A DNA stretch of 63,900 nt, filler included, from Octopus bimaculoides (lineage: Eukaryota), in NCBI RefSeq assembly GCF_001194135.2. It is 6 parts of 6 records of this genome, joined end to end, with 100 filler letters (N's around TTAATTAATTAA, not from the genome) between each part and the next. Parts side by side here need not be neighbours in the genome. Positions count along the whole stretch, not along the records: positions 31,245 to 54,300 come from NC_069010.1; positions 54,401 to 58,954 come from NC_068996.1; positions 59,055 to 61,938 come from NC_068992.1; positions 62,039 to 63,900 come from NC_068985.1; 2 more parts are not named here. One strand, given 5' to 3'. The notes below the pieces were generated by a model. That model did no database searches. It was not told where the DNA came from and saw only the letters and a list, made by a program, of their open reading frames with translations. The position numbers were made by a program, and so were the translations under genes. This document shows positions 52,685 to 63,900 of this stretch, piece by piece; positions within the stretch are counted from its first letter, which is position 1; every line of letters starts with the position of its first letter.

Positions 52685-53416
52685 GGAATGCCCGAAGAGT
52701 TGTGGCACAATATTTGTGACAGCATAAAATCATCTCATGATGTGGTTCTAGGATTTGTGAAACACAAACACCAACAAGAAGGATCCTCAGATTAGACCCC
52801 TCCTAGAAACTTTGCATAAGAGACACATGACATGGATCTCAGACAAAAAACTTGCCAACATCCAAATTCATGTAGATCTCCTCTAGAAAAACTATACAGA
52901 AAACTCCATGAGATGAAAAATTTGGTGGACCAAAAAAGCCCAAGAATTGGAACAGGTTGCTAACCGATGACTTGAGAACACTATAACATTCTGAAAAATG
53001 TGTTTGGCCCTCAAAAAGGTAGTACAGAATCTATTCTCTCGAACGATAGAACAAAACTCTTAAGTAGGAAAGAGGAAATTCTGAAAAGATGGGCTGAACA
53101 CTTTAAATTTGTATCAAATGAAGAATGCACTACCAATGCTGATGTAATCAATGAAATCACCAGGGACCTATACTTGAAGAACTAGAGGAACATCCTTCCT
53201 TGGAAGAGATAAGTACTGCTATCAAAAAACTTTGCAATGGTAAAAGCTCTTGGACAAGACGATATCCCCATAGAGGTGTACAAGCATGGTAGCAGACACC
53301 TTGTAAGTAAGCTGTGCAAATTGATTTGTTCAATCTGGGAAACCGGACCTGTTCCTCAGCAGTTCAAAGATGCATCTTTAATGCACTTGTACAAAGGGAA
53401 GAAGAGTGTATGTGAT
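52685..53416 (+). mobile_element. RTE LINE fragment (linker region up to the start of the RT)
   Basis: PEELWHNI...FGPQKGS...EEILKRWAEHF...GKALGQDDIPIEVYKHG...IWETGPVPQQFKDASLMHLYKGKKSVCD. Confidence 0.88.
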
Positions 53417-54400
53417 GATCCCCTTTTCCAGTAGAAGAATAAAGATAATCAAAAAGAATGGAGAAACGTGTTGTTATTGGCAAGCTATTCTAGTCGAATT
53501 TATGTTATTGATACCTGTTGGATTAAAGGTAAAACAGACTTTTATGAGATTTGAACTCAGAATACAGAGGAACACAACTAAATAGAACAAAGCATTTAGT
53601 CTGGCACTGCATCCATTCTGCACAGAATTTTTGGAATAATGGTCCTTCAAAGTTCCATATTTCACAGAAAAGGAAAAGTGAGGTGGCTAGGTTTCCTTCA
53701 TTTTGTAATTAATTTTTTTTTGTTTCATACAAATGAAAATTTCCTCAAACTTTCTGTCTTTCACATCCCACTCCTTAATTCTGTGCTGTTTTTCCCTTCC
53801 ATATCATTTTGAAAATAATTATTCTGATTCACTCTACCAGCTTCACTTCCACAGGGTTTATTATTTCTGCTTCAAAATTTTAATGCTAATTATCAAAGAA
53901 AAAAATTTCAGAATTTAAACCCGCCTCAACCAAAAATCTGACAAGCTAGAAACAACAGCCAAACCGAGGATCAACTTTCTAAATACGAATTCCGAAGAGA
54001 AAAAAAAAATTTAAATGTCATTTTGTTGCGTGTGTGTGAGCAAAAAATCTAATTTTTACATACCTTTCTTAATTCCAAAAGACCCTGACCACAACATGTT
54101 GGGTTATGTTCGTCATGAAACATTTAGTAGGATGGAGGGGAGGCAGAGTGTTTATTTTATTTATCTTTTTGAAAAATTGAAATTTTATAGAATTTTTTGT
54201 TTCCGAATCATAATCTCCATATTTTTCTACGTATTTCGCCAAAAGAAATTTTTTAAAAAAGTAAAATTTAAGAAATTTAGGGGAGAGGGGGATTTAAAAT
54301 NNNNNNNNNNNNNNNNNNNNNNNNNNNNNNNNNNNNNNNNNNNNTTAATTAATTAANNNNNNNNNNNNNNNNNNNNNNNNNNNNNNNNNNNNNNNNNNNN

Positions 54401-54645
54401 TGGCGAACCCTGCGGTACTCTTTTACTACAACTTTCTATCGCTCTTACTTCCTGTTACTGTTGTGCCTGTAATTCAAAGGGTCAGCCTTGTCGCACTCTG
54501 TGTCACGCTGAATCTCCCCGAGAACTACGTTAAGGGTACACGTGTCTGTGGAGTGCTCAGCCACTTGCACGTTAATTTCACGAGCAGGCTGTTCCGTTGA
54601 TCGGATCAACTGGAACCCTCGACGTCGTTACCGACGGAGTGCTAC
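54401..54645 (+). mobile_element. SINE family C, 5' end lost in a gap
   Basis: Aligns with 38290-38530. Confidence 0.85.
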
Positions 54646-56339
54646 AATGTAAATATGTGTTCGTGTGTGTATGTGTGTGTATGTGTGTGTGTGTGTGTGT
54701 CTGTGTTTCTGTGTGTTTCCCTCTATCAAATCCACTCACAAGGGTTTGGTAGGCCCGGGCTATAATAATAGACACTTTCCCAAAGTGCCACACCTCGAAC
54801 CATGTGATTGGGAAACAAACTTCTTACCACACATCCACGCCTTCACCTATGAGTGTCAAATATTGATATAATGCCAGGAATTCTTTAGCGGGGAGGTACC
54901 GACGATTGCATCGTGTCCCAGAGTTCAAGTGGTGCTTATTTTATCAACTCAGAAGAAATGAAAACCAAAGTCGACCTCAGTGGAATTTGCACCGTAAGGA
55001 AGGATGAAAAGCCGCTAAGCATTTCGCCTGGCGTTTTTAGTTTTTAGCCAGTTGAGTGATTAATGGTGAATTCGTTTTAATGATTGAGAGCTCCTTGCCC
55101 TGCACGAAACTCTGACTGATACAGTGCAAGAGTGTGTGCGTGAGCGCGCGCGTCACCGTTTTACTTTCAATTTCCTGTCAGGTACGGTTTAACGAGTCAT
55201 CACGATTCAAATTTGTTTGGCTTAATCTCTATGGTGGTATGTCCGTCCTAACACCAACCACTTTCTGTAATGTACTGTGTGCGTTTTTTCACGGAACCAG
55301 TAATGGAGAGGTCCTCGTGCACTCGACAAGACAGAAAGGTCCTCCCAACCCTACACTTAACAGTGCACTGAATGCAATTTATCGTTACACCGTAGTAAAG
55401 AAGTCGCCATGTCCTATATTATGTTAAAGGATTCTCTAAACCCCATGCTTCCACTCAGTCGTCAGTCACTTGGTGAAACGACTAGAGAGTTTGCATCATT
55501 ATACAAAGTGTGTTTACTTTGGACTAAGTGGCTGAGGAAGTGAATCGTGATGATGAAGGAAAGGCTATGATGAACGGATGAGAGAAACGAGAGTGTGTTG
55601 TTAAAAACAGGACTCGTAACAGAAGTGGGTAAATGGTAAAAGTAAATGATAAATGTCAATACCAGGTAGCTCGGGGAAGGAATCAGAAGAATCTCATTTA
55701 CTTCAGTCTTACCATAGTACCCTTGAGCAGAAGTTCATTTACAGAATGTGCTGGATGTATTATATGGTAGGACTTAGTACTAAAAGGCTTTCGTTGTACC
55801 TCGGAAAAGTGGTGAAAAGTACGCAGTATATTGAGACACGTACGTATCCTTAAGCCAAGCTATCTTTGGGTGTAATGGGAGAGAGACTGAAAACAGGAAA
55901 GTTAGGGTGGATAAATGAAAGAAGCAACAATATGCTGCTCAAGTGAGAAGCAGTAATATTAAGTGAAAAAGATTGAAGGTAGAGCGTATTGGGTACAACG
56001 GGTCCAGTGCAGTCCCTTATATATATAGAACTCATGGTGAGCAAGGAAATTGCAATTATATGTAGATAAAATGTGGGTGGGTCCCATATCATCCGTCATT
56101 ATACGAACGGCTTGAGTGCAGGAGAGATGACTAATAAAGATAAGAATGACACAGAAATGAGTAACAGAGAGATGAGGCGGTGTTAATATGTTAAAGAGGA
56201 GGCAAAAGTAGACTTGACAGTACACTCACATATACACAAACATATAGACATATACATACATATATGCCAGTGGGTTTTTTTTAACATGTGATTCGCCATG
56301 CTTCCATGTGTGGTCAGGTATTTACCGTGGTCGGGTCTT

Positions 56340-56830
56340 CTTCAGCACAAACAACAATGAACACATTACTTTGTCATTTCGCTCATGATTGTAACAACAT
56401 GAGATCAGCCTTTACTTTGTCGCACATGTTTTCTTTCTTTCTTTCTTTCTTTCTTTAATTAGTTAGTTTTGATCTCCTTCCACAGGCTCCATTTACTTTC
56501 AGTGTGTTCACTTCTTTAACTAGCTCCCTGCTCTTATACGCATCACACACCCGTAACAGTGAAGTCTTCTTTCCCGCACAACACATTTGATTCCTCTTAT
56601 AGAGAGTCTTTATCCCTCAGCTCATTACATATCTAGCAAAGCGTACTTGTTTTTACTTCCTCTGCATCCAAAGAACATGCTTCGCTACCAAGCAACATTG
56701 CACTTCCTAGACACGCATTTGACAATATGGCTTCCACTCTGAAAGTAAAAGTCTTTCGTTGCTAGCAGTCATAATAGTTCTAGAAAGTTTTTCCAACAAG
56801 CTCTTACACTGGTTACGAAGTTTTCTGGAT
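56340..56830 (-). mobile_element. Highly decayed RTE-like LINE 3' fragment
   Basis: RVRACWKTFLELL...AMLLGSEACSL...KCVVRERRLHCYGCVMR, matching the RRLRWYGHVMR motif. Confidence 0.55.
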
Positions 56831-56889
56831 ATTTGGACCATTACTAATTAGATCACTAATTTAGTAAATGATTTCAACAAATTTTAGTG

Positions 56890-57290
56890 TGTTCCGTGGT
56901 AAGAAACTTACTTCCTAACGACGTGGTTCCGGGTTCAGTCCGGGTTCAGTGTCTCTTTCAATAGCCTCAGTCGGAGCGAGGCTATTGTGGTTGGATTTGG
57001 TAGACGGAAACTGAAAGAAGCCCGTCGTATTTACTTACATATACACGCACGCACACGCGCGTGTGTGTGCACACACATACACACATGCATGTTTGTATAT
57101 ATCTATGTGTGTGTGTGTCTTTGTGTTTGTGTTTATTCCCCCACCAGCGTTTCGTCAAAAGTGTCCATAGAATAAAGTACCAGGCTTTATAAATATATAT
57201 TAGGGTCTATTCATTCGACGAAAATTTCTTCGAGGCACTGCCCCAGTATGGTCGCAGTTTATTGACTGAAACAAGTAAAAGATAAAAGAA
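56890..57290 (+). mobile_element. SINE family B with internal deletion
   Basis: GTGGTAAGAAACTTACTTCC...GGTTCCGGGTTCAGTCC...GGATTTGGTAGACGGAAACTGAAAGAAGCCCGTCG...GACTGAAACAAGTAAAAG. Confidence 0.75.
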
Positions 57291-58268
57291 AGATAACCTT
57301 CCGAACATTGGCTAGAATCTATTTCCCGTCAGCTTTTAGTGCTTGTTTTCCCTGTGCCTTAGCACATATCAAGTCTACCTTCTCTGTTACTCTTCTAGCT
57401 GTTATCCAAATAAATCACATGTACCCACACCACAGTTTACACCGAGCACACTGTATCGAATTCCAACTTTTTTTTTCTGCAAATCAGATGTAACCATATT
57501 GTAGCAAAGTTCCACCTTTTCTCCTATTGTGTCATTACTTTACTCTCCGCTAAGTTAATATTGAGGCCACTTAATTCAAGTTTTGCTTTAACATCTGGAA
57601 TTTTTTCTCTAAATCCGCTACTGATTCCGTTATTAGAACTGGATCATTAACACAGATTTTCCCATGGGCAGTCGGTCGCAGATATTTTTGTTATAAATTA
57701 GAGTAATATAATTAAGAGAGGAGTCTAGGAACAAAATTCTGATGAACTCCGACCTGAAGGCTAAATTAGTTGCCGAGTATATTACTGTTTGACACCTTGC
57801 TGACCGAGCTTTTGTAAACAATGTATACACCTCTTACAAGCCTTTCGTCTAATCCTAGTCTTGTATATGCATATACATATTTATGCATATGTCTGATGTA
57901 GTAGTGTGTATGTGTGTGTAGTGATAAATGATACATACCTAAACACATAAATACATGCATATGTGCGTGTGTGTCTGTGTATGGTGTGTGTGTGTGTGTG
58001 TAAATAGATACACAATCTGGTGAAAGCTACAAGTATTTTAGAAAAGGTGGGAATGTCAGAATGTATGTATGCATGTATGTATGCATGTATGTATGTATGT
58101 ATGTTGGTACGTATGTATGTACGTATGCGCGATTGTATGTATGCACATATGTACGTGTATACGTACATTTGTATGTACGTACGTGTGTATGTATATATAT
58201 GTCCGTATGTACATATGTATATATATTTATGCATATATTTATGTATGTATGAGCGCACGTGTGTATGT

Positions 58269-58343
<75 letters not shown>

Positions 58344-58457
58344 TGTGTGCGCGCGCGCGCCTTGTCTTTTCAGGAATGCAGTTAGCCAGATATTAGCTCT
58401 TTGGGATCCTGCAAACACAAGGTGGTTGTTCACCAAAATGAAGAATAAATATAAAAA

Positions 58458-58491
<34 letters not shown>

Positions 58492-58744
58492 TTTTTATAT
58501 TCATGAAAATAAAATCCTTAATGACTGTCATGAAAAAGATGAATGAAACGTTTATATATCTACAGCTAATGATTCTAATGATTCTAATTAAAATTACATC
58601 GTTATCTTATTTTTGTTGTTTTTATAGCAGCGTTCACAATTGTTCAATTCTATTTTGATATCGCTCTCCCTCTCTCCTTTTCTCTCTCTCCCTCTCTCAC
58701 TCACTCTCACTCACTGAATATGTATGTATATATGTGTATGTATG

Positions 58745-58788
<44 letters not shown>

Positions 58789-58921
58789 AACATATGCATA
58801 TATATGTATATATATATATATGCATATACAAATATATATCTATACTTATATACATATACATACATATATACATACATATATATATATTCATAGATATATA
58901 TACATACATACATATACATAT

Positions 58922-58954
<33 letters not shown>

Positions 58955-59080
58955 NNNNNNNNNNNNNNNNNNNNNNNNNNNNNNNNNNNNNNNNNNNNTT
59001 AATTAATTAANNNNNNNNNNNNNNNNNNNNNNNNNNNNNNNNNNNNNNNNNNNNCATATATGTATATACATACACATATA

Positions 59081-60052
59081 TAGGGCGTCCTCCAAAAAGG
59101 TACGCATATTCTTTCCTTTATATTCTTTATTTTGATTGAACCCACAAGAATTAATGGAAGGAACCAGAGTAAACTTTGAAGAAAGAAATTTGTTTTAAAT
59201 TACGACTGGAAGTTTGAAAACACAGTCGAAGTATGAAGAGAATTTACGCGATAAGAGGTAAGTTTCAAGCAGATGAAATTGTTCACAGATGACCACGTGA
59301 AACGTTCCAGAAGACCGCCACTATCGACCACATCTCCCCCCCCCCAACACACGGGCATGCGCAAAAACACACTCCCAAGGCAAAATAGTACATGAAATGT
59401 ATTTGCCTCTTCTCCAGAAAATCTGAGCGGCAAGCAAGTCATGAGATAGGAATTTCAAAATTGAGCGTCCAACGCATATTACAGAGAAACAACAGGTTTA
59501 TTTTCCAAGAGTTACAGTATGAAGCAGCTTATCATTTAAAGGATTAACTGATCCATTCATTTTTTACGCAATTGTAACTGAAATTGCTTCGATAATCTGT
59601 CATACTATGTATTCAAAGAGACTTTGAAGATGTGGAGGTTTATTTACAGCTAGATATGGCAGCCCTTTACTATTATAGTAATATAACAACCTACCTGGAT
59701 GAGATTTTGCTAGACTGGTGTGTTGGGCGATGAGGTTCAGTACGGTACCACCATCCTTTCTTTATGAAAATACTTAAAATATAACGCTAACGGAAACAAT
59801 CGACGAATTGAGGGCAGCCATTGAACGAGAATGTTCACAAATACCGAACGAAATATTTATTGATGTTTGCGATTCCACTGCTTTGTGTTGTCGGCAATGC
59901 CAATTCTACAACAGTCATCAGTTCGGAAATAGCCATGTATAAATATTAAATTCTGTCCGGAGATTCTATTAAATTTTGAAAATAAAATCTATTTTCATAA
60001 GCATTTTTAAAATCATTCAATACGTACATGCATGTTTTGGACCACCTTGTAT
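59081..60052 (+). mobile_element. Internally deleted Tc1/mariner element with degenerate TIRs
   Basis: Left TAGGGCGTCCTCCAAAAAGGTACG; right end reverse complement TACAAGGTGGTCCAAAACATGCATGTACG; TA flanks. Relic coding: RVNFEERKFVLNYDWKFENTVEV and a QQDGAP/YLDE/GRRG-like segment. Confidence 0.7.
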
Positions 60053-60153
60053 ATGTGTGTGTGTGTTATCTGTGTGTATGCCTGCCTGTGCATGTGTGTG
60101 CGTGTAAATATATATATGTATATATATATATATACACACACACACAGAGGGAA

Positions 60154-60209
<56 letters not shown>

Positions 60210-60540
60210 AGAAGACGTAGACAAGAGTCAGGAGCAACAGAGGGGATAATAAACAGACGGGTATGAAACATCCATTTCGTCCGCCAAATTATAATTCAAA
60301 ATCAATATAGCATCGGTGATAGAATATATTCCCTCATCTAGAGATCGATATGACGTAAGAGAGAAGAAAAAAGTCAGAGACGTACGAACAAATAGAAAGA
60401 AAGTAAAGGCGTGCTACAAGGAGAAAACCACACAGCGAAACAGCGTTTCGAGACACCTCTGATGAAAGGTCAATGAGGTTCGAAAATCGTTAAAGGTTGT
60501 TCGTTTTTTCAATCTATAGAGAAATACCTAACTTAGCCCT

Positions 60541-61290
60541 GTGGCTATGTGGTAAAAAGCTTGCTTCTCAACCACATGGTTCCGGGTTCAGTCCCACTAC
60601 GTGGCAACTTGGGCAAGTGTCTTCTGCTATAGCCTCGGGCCGACCAAAGACTTAAGACTGGATTTGGTAGATGGAAACTGAAAGAAGCCTGTCGTGTATA
60701 TATATANNNNNNNNNNNNNNNNNNNNNNNNNNNNNNNNNNNNNNNNNNNNNNNNNNNNNNNNNNNNNNNNNNNNNNNNNNNNNNNNNNNNNNNNNNNNNN
60801 NNNNNNNNNNNNNNNNNNNNNNNNNNNNNNNNNNNNNNNNNNNNNNNNNNNNNNNNNNNNTATTTATATATATATATGGATTGGCTGTGTGGTAAGAAGT
60901 TTGCTTCCGAACCACATGCTTCCGGGTACAGTCTCACTGCGTGGCACCTTAGGCAAGTGTGTTCTATTATAGCCTCGGGCCGACCAAAGGCTTGTGAATG
61001 GATTTGGTAGACGAAAACTGAAAGAAGCCCGTCGTATATATATGTATGTGTGTCTGTGTGTGTATGTATGTGTGTATTTGTGTGATGTGTTTGTCCCCCC
61101 AACATCGCTTGACAATCGATGTTGGTGTGTTTACATCCCCGTAATTTTAGCGGTTCGGCAAAAGAGACCGATAGAATAAGTACTAGGCTTACAAAGAATA
61201 AGTCCAGGGGTCGATTCGTTCGACTAAAGGCGGTGCTCCAGCATGGCCACAGTCAAATGACAGAAACCAATAAAAAAAGAAAAATAAACA
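60541..61290 (+). mobile_element. Two tandem SINE family B copies (60541-60700 and 60878-61290) separated by a gap
   Basis: Both start GGCT.TGTGGTAA.AAG.TTGCTTC..AACCACATG.TTCCGGGT.CAGTC.CACT.CGTGGCA.CTT.GGCAAGTGT. Confidence 0.85.
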
Positions 61291-63862
61291 TATCTACTAC
61301 ATAAGTTGCATATTATATCATGCCTTGAAACCGTGCGGACTGAGATCCTAGTTGACAGGCTGCTGATATTAAATACAATATTACACAATTACGTTGCGGA
61401 AATTAGTCATTCCAGTGCACTGCAAGGAATGGAGTCATTGAGTATGAAATTTGACTGGCTGGTTGTTAACCTTCAATTAGCCAAAGTGAAGTAAACGACT
61501 CTAAAGAGAAACCAATGAAGTTAGAAAATCGATTGAAGGCTGATCGTCATTTTATTCGGTCCGCGGAGAAATAAGTAAATTAGCCTCGTTTATATATCTA
61601 CTACAGAGGTTACATATATTCATCCGTCTGGTATTGATACGTCTTTTCATCGCCACTCACAGTTCCTATGTATGGAAAAAAAGAAGTGTTACATGATAGT
61701 GAATACTGGTGGATCCTCCAAATATATATATATGTGGGTGTGTTTCTGCATGTAAATATATATATATATATATATATATAGTAATAACAATAATCCATGG
61801 ATAGAATTTATAGATATTTGAATGTATCGCTAAGCGCGTTTCTACAAATCACACGTTTTTGTGACCATAGTCCGCATTTTTGTGATGATTACAACATAAT
61901 TTGTAATTTCCATGGACATGGACTTAAAGAATATATATNNNNNNNNNNNNNNNNNNNNNNNNNNNNNNNNNNNNNNNNNNNNTTAATTAATTAANNNNNN
62001 NNNNNNNNNNNNNNNNNNNNNNNNNNNNNNNNNNNNNNTATATATGTACACCTACATCTTTCTCCCCCCCTCTCTGTCTCTCTCTCTCTATATATATAAA
62101 CATATTCATGTACAAGTATATCTATTTATGTGTATGTGAATATATTCATCTCTTGATCTAACGGACGAAGAATCTGGTTCTGAACATGCAGTCTCTTACA
62201 TATTTGCACGAATTTCTCAAAGATTAAGAGAAAGAAATGACTAATGTTTAATTGATTTTGATTAAAAGGCCGCACAACATCTCAGTGGTATGACTGCAAT
62301 GTATATATGTTTGAATCTGAAACGTTAATAAATCTTAGTATATTTATCCCATTTTGCTTCATATAAACTGTTTACTAAAACTGCTATTCCTTTAATTTTC
62401 AAAGCAACTCATTGTACCAGTCTCTGAGTTGATTTGTCATGTTTAGTGGAATGAAATTATTGGTCACGAAATTGCAAATAAAGAGTAAATTATATAACGA
62501 AGTAATGAGAGGTGATAGTGTGTGAGTTCTTAGAACATTCGTGAAATTCTTGTGCAGTGTGTCACATATTCTTAAAATATTCTCTGCATGATACCGAAAA
62601 CATGATTTCCCTTAGAGGACTCTAGTGTTAGACATATTTACATCTCTATTTAGAGTCCTTTGTACATATAATGGCAAAATTTCATAACACAGTATTCATA
62701 AAAGAGAACAAAGCTGGGGAAATCTCAGCATTGGACTTTTGTTTGAATTACAAAATGAAAACCCACTGAATCTACCAAAATCAGGTAAAGACCTAGAATA
62801 ATTACGTATCTTCATAAATCTGGAGATTGGGAAACAACAAATAAAAACATTCATACTATCTCATTACCTTACGCTACGTGGGGTAACTATGCTGGCATGA
62901 CATAGGTAGAGAAACAATTCATTAAAATTATGGAGCTATAGAAGTTCAACCGAAAAGTGGTAGGATAAACATATACAGTTTATGGATGTTGGGGATTTAT
63001 AAAGTATCATAATCTAGGAAATAATAGTACATGTAAAAAAGAATATCTAGGCTAATCATTCTGACACTTTGATCAAAGCCACAAGGGAACACACTGCTTC
63101 TTAGTTGTCAATAATAATATTCCAGATTGTTTCCTTAATAGAAATACTAAAATTATCCAAAACTAGTACTCAGACAAGAATATGAGAACTGACAGCAATT
63201 TCCTTATGAATCTTGAAACAATTCAAAAAGAAATAAATGACGCAAACAGATATTTAAATAAGACACAAAGCCTAATATATTTACGCAACGCAAACTGAAT
63301 TAAACTAAGAATTTAACACTTTTACAGCATTCTTACTTTGATCGTAAGAGGAAGCAAAAACATAAAATATTGCTCGTACACAGCTTTCAACGCCATCCCA
63401 TGTGTTTATGTCTGCACTCTGTATCAATCACCCGTATCTTGGTTTAGTACATTTCTTCAGTCATTTTTATATCATTAATCTTATCAAAAGTAAAATTGTA
63501 CTTTTAGAAAAACAAAATCTAGCCTGAAACCATTGCTAAACATTCCTACTGCCTCGAGAAGAATATATAATTTTCGATTTGTCTTGCAATGATATTTGTA
63601 TCTATCACGAAAGAGTCGTATTTGATTGACTATCACATGGTTTTTCTCATATGCTGTACCCAAGTCTTATTTGTTCCAGATCTGAGAGCGGGTTTAAAGC
63701 TATCACACTGAAGTGAGCTTTATGGTGACCCGCCATAAAATTTACACTGATTGATTTAGGTATTCCCATGTGGATGACGGCTGGCTGCCGGTTCGGCTTC
63801 ACAGTCTCATGTATCCATGATCATATGCATGTAAATTTGGACATGATAATACGGGTTCTATG

Positions 63863-63900
<38 letters not shown>

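Noticed and set aside
60455-60496. Hammerhead-like ACCT-CTGATGA...GAAAATCGTTAAAGGT
   Set aside because: Stem II does not pair and the stem I register is off. At most it is a decayed copy.

Overview
AT-rich, repeat-dense animal genomic DNA with many N gaps. The SINE families and microsatellite load point to a cephalopod (Octopus-like) draft assembly; this is inference. The only host gene I can identify is the 3' end of glutamate-cysteine ligase catalytic subunit (GCLC): three spliced + strand exons at 41620-41684, 42205-42322 and 42752-42915. The rest is mostly decayed mobile DNA: a near-full-length R4/Dong-type RLE non-LTR element, other RLE fragments, an L1/Tx1 RT fragment, RTE-type LINE fragments, Penelope-like elements (including a ~2.1-kb three-unit tandem array), Tc1/mariner and hAT-like transposase relics, a Helentron-like element, foldback elements, and at least three tRNA-derived SINE families. 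The most interesting hidden layer is a set of minimal type I hammerhead ribozyme motifs from four unrelated sequence families. These include a palindromic element with a hammerhead on each strand and an array unit that has lost its hammerhead hairpin. Minimal hammerheads in Penelope-like elements are known, so these are variants of a known system rather than a proven new one. All alignments were done by eye; no searches were run, and repeat boundaries are approximate.
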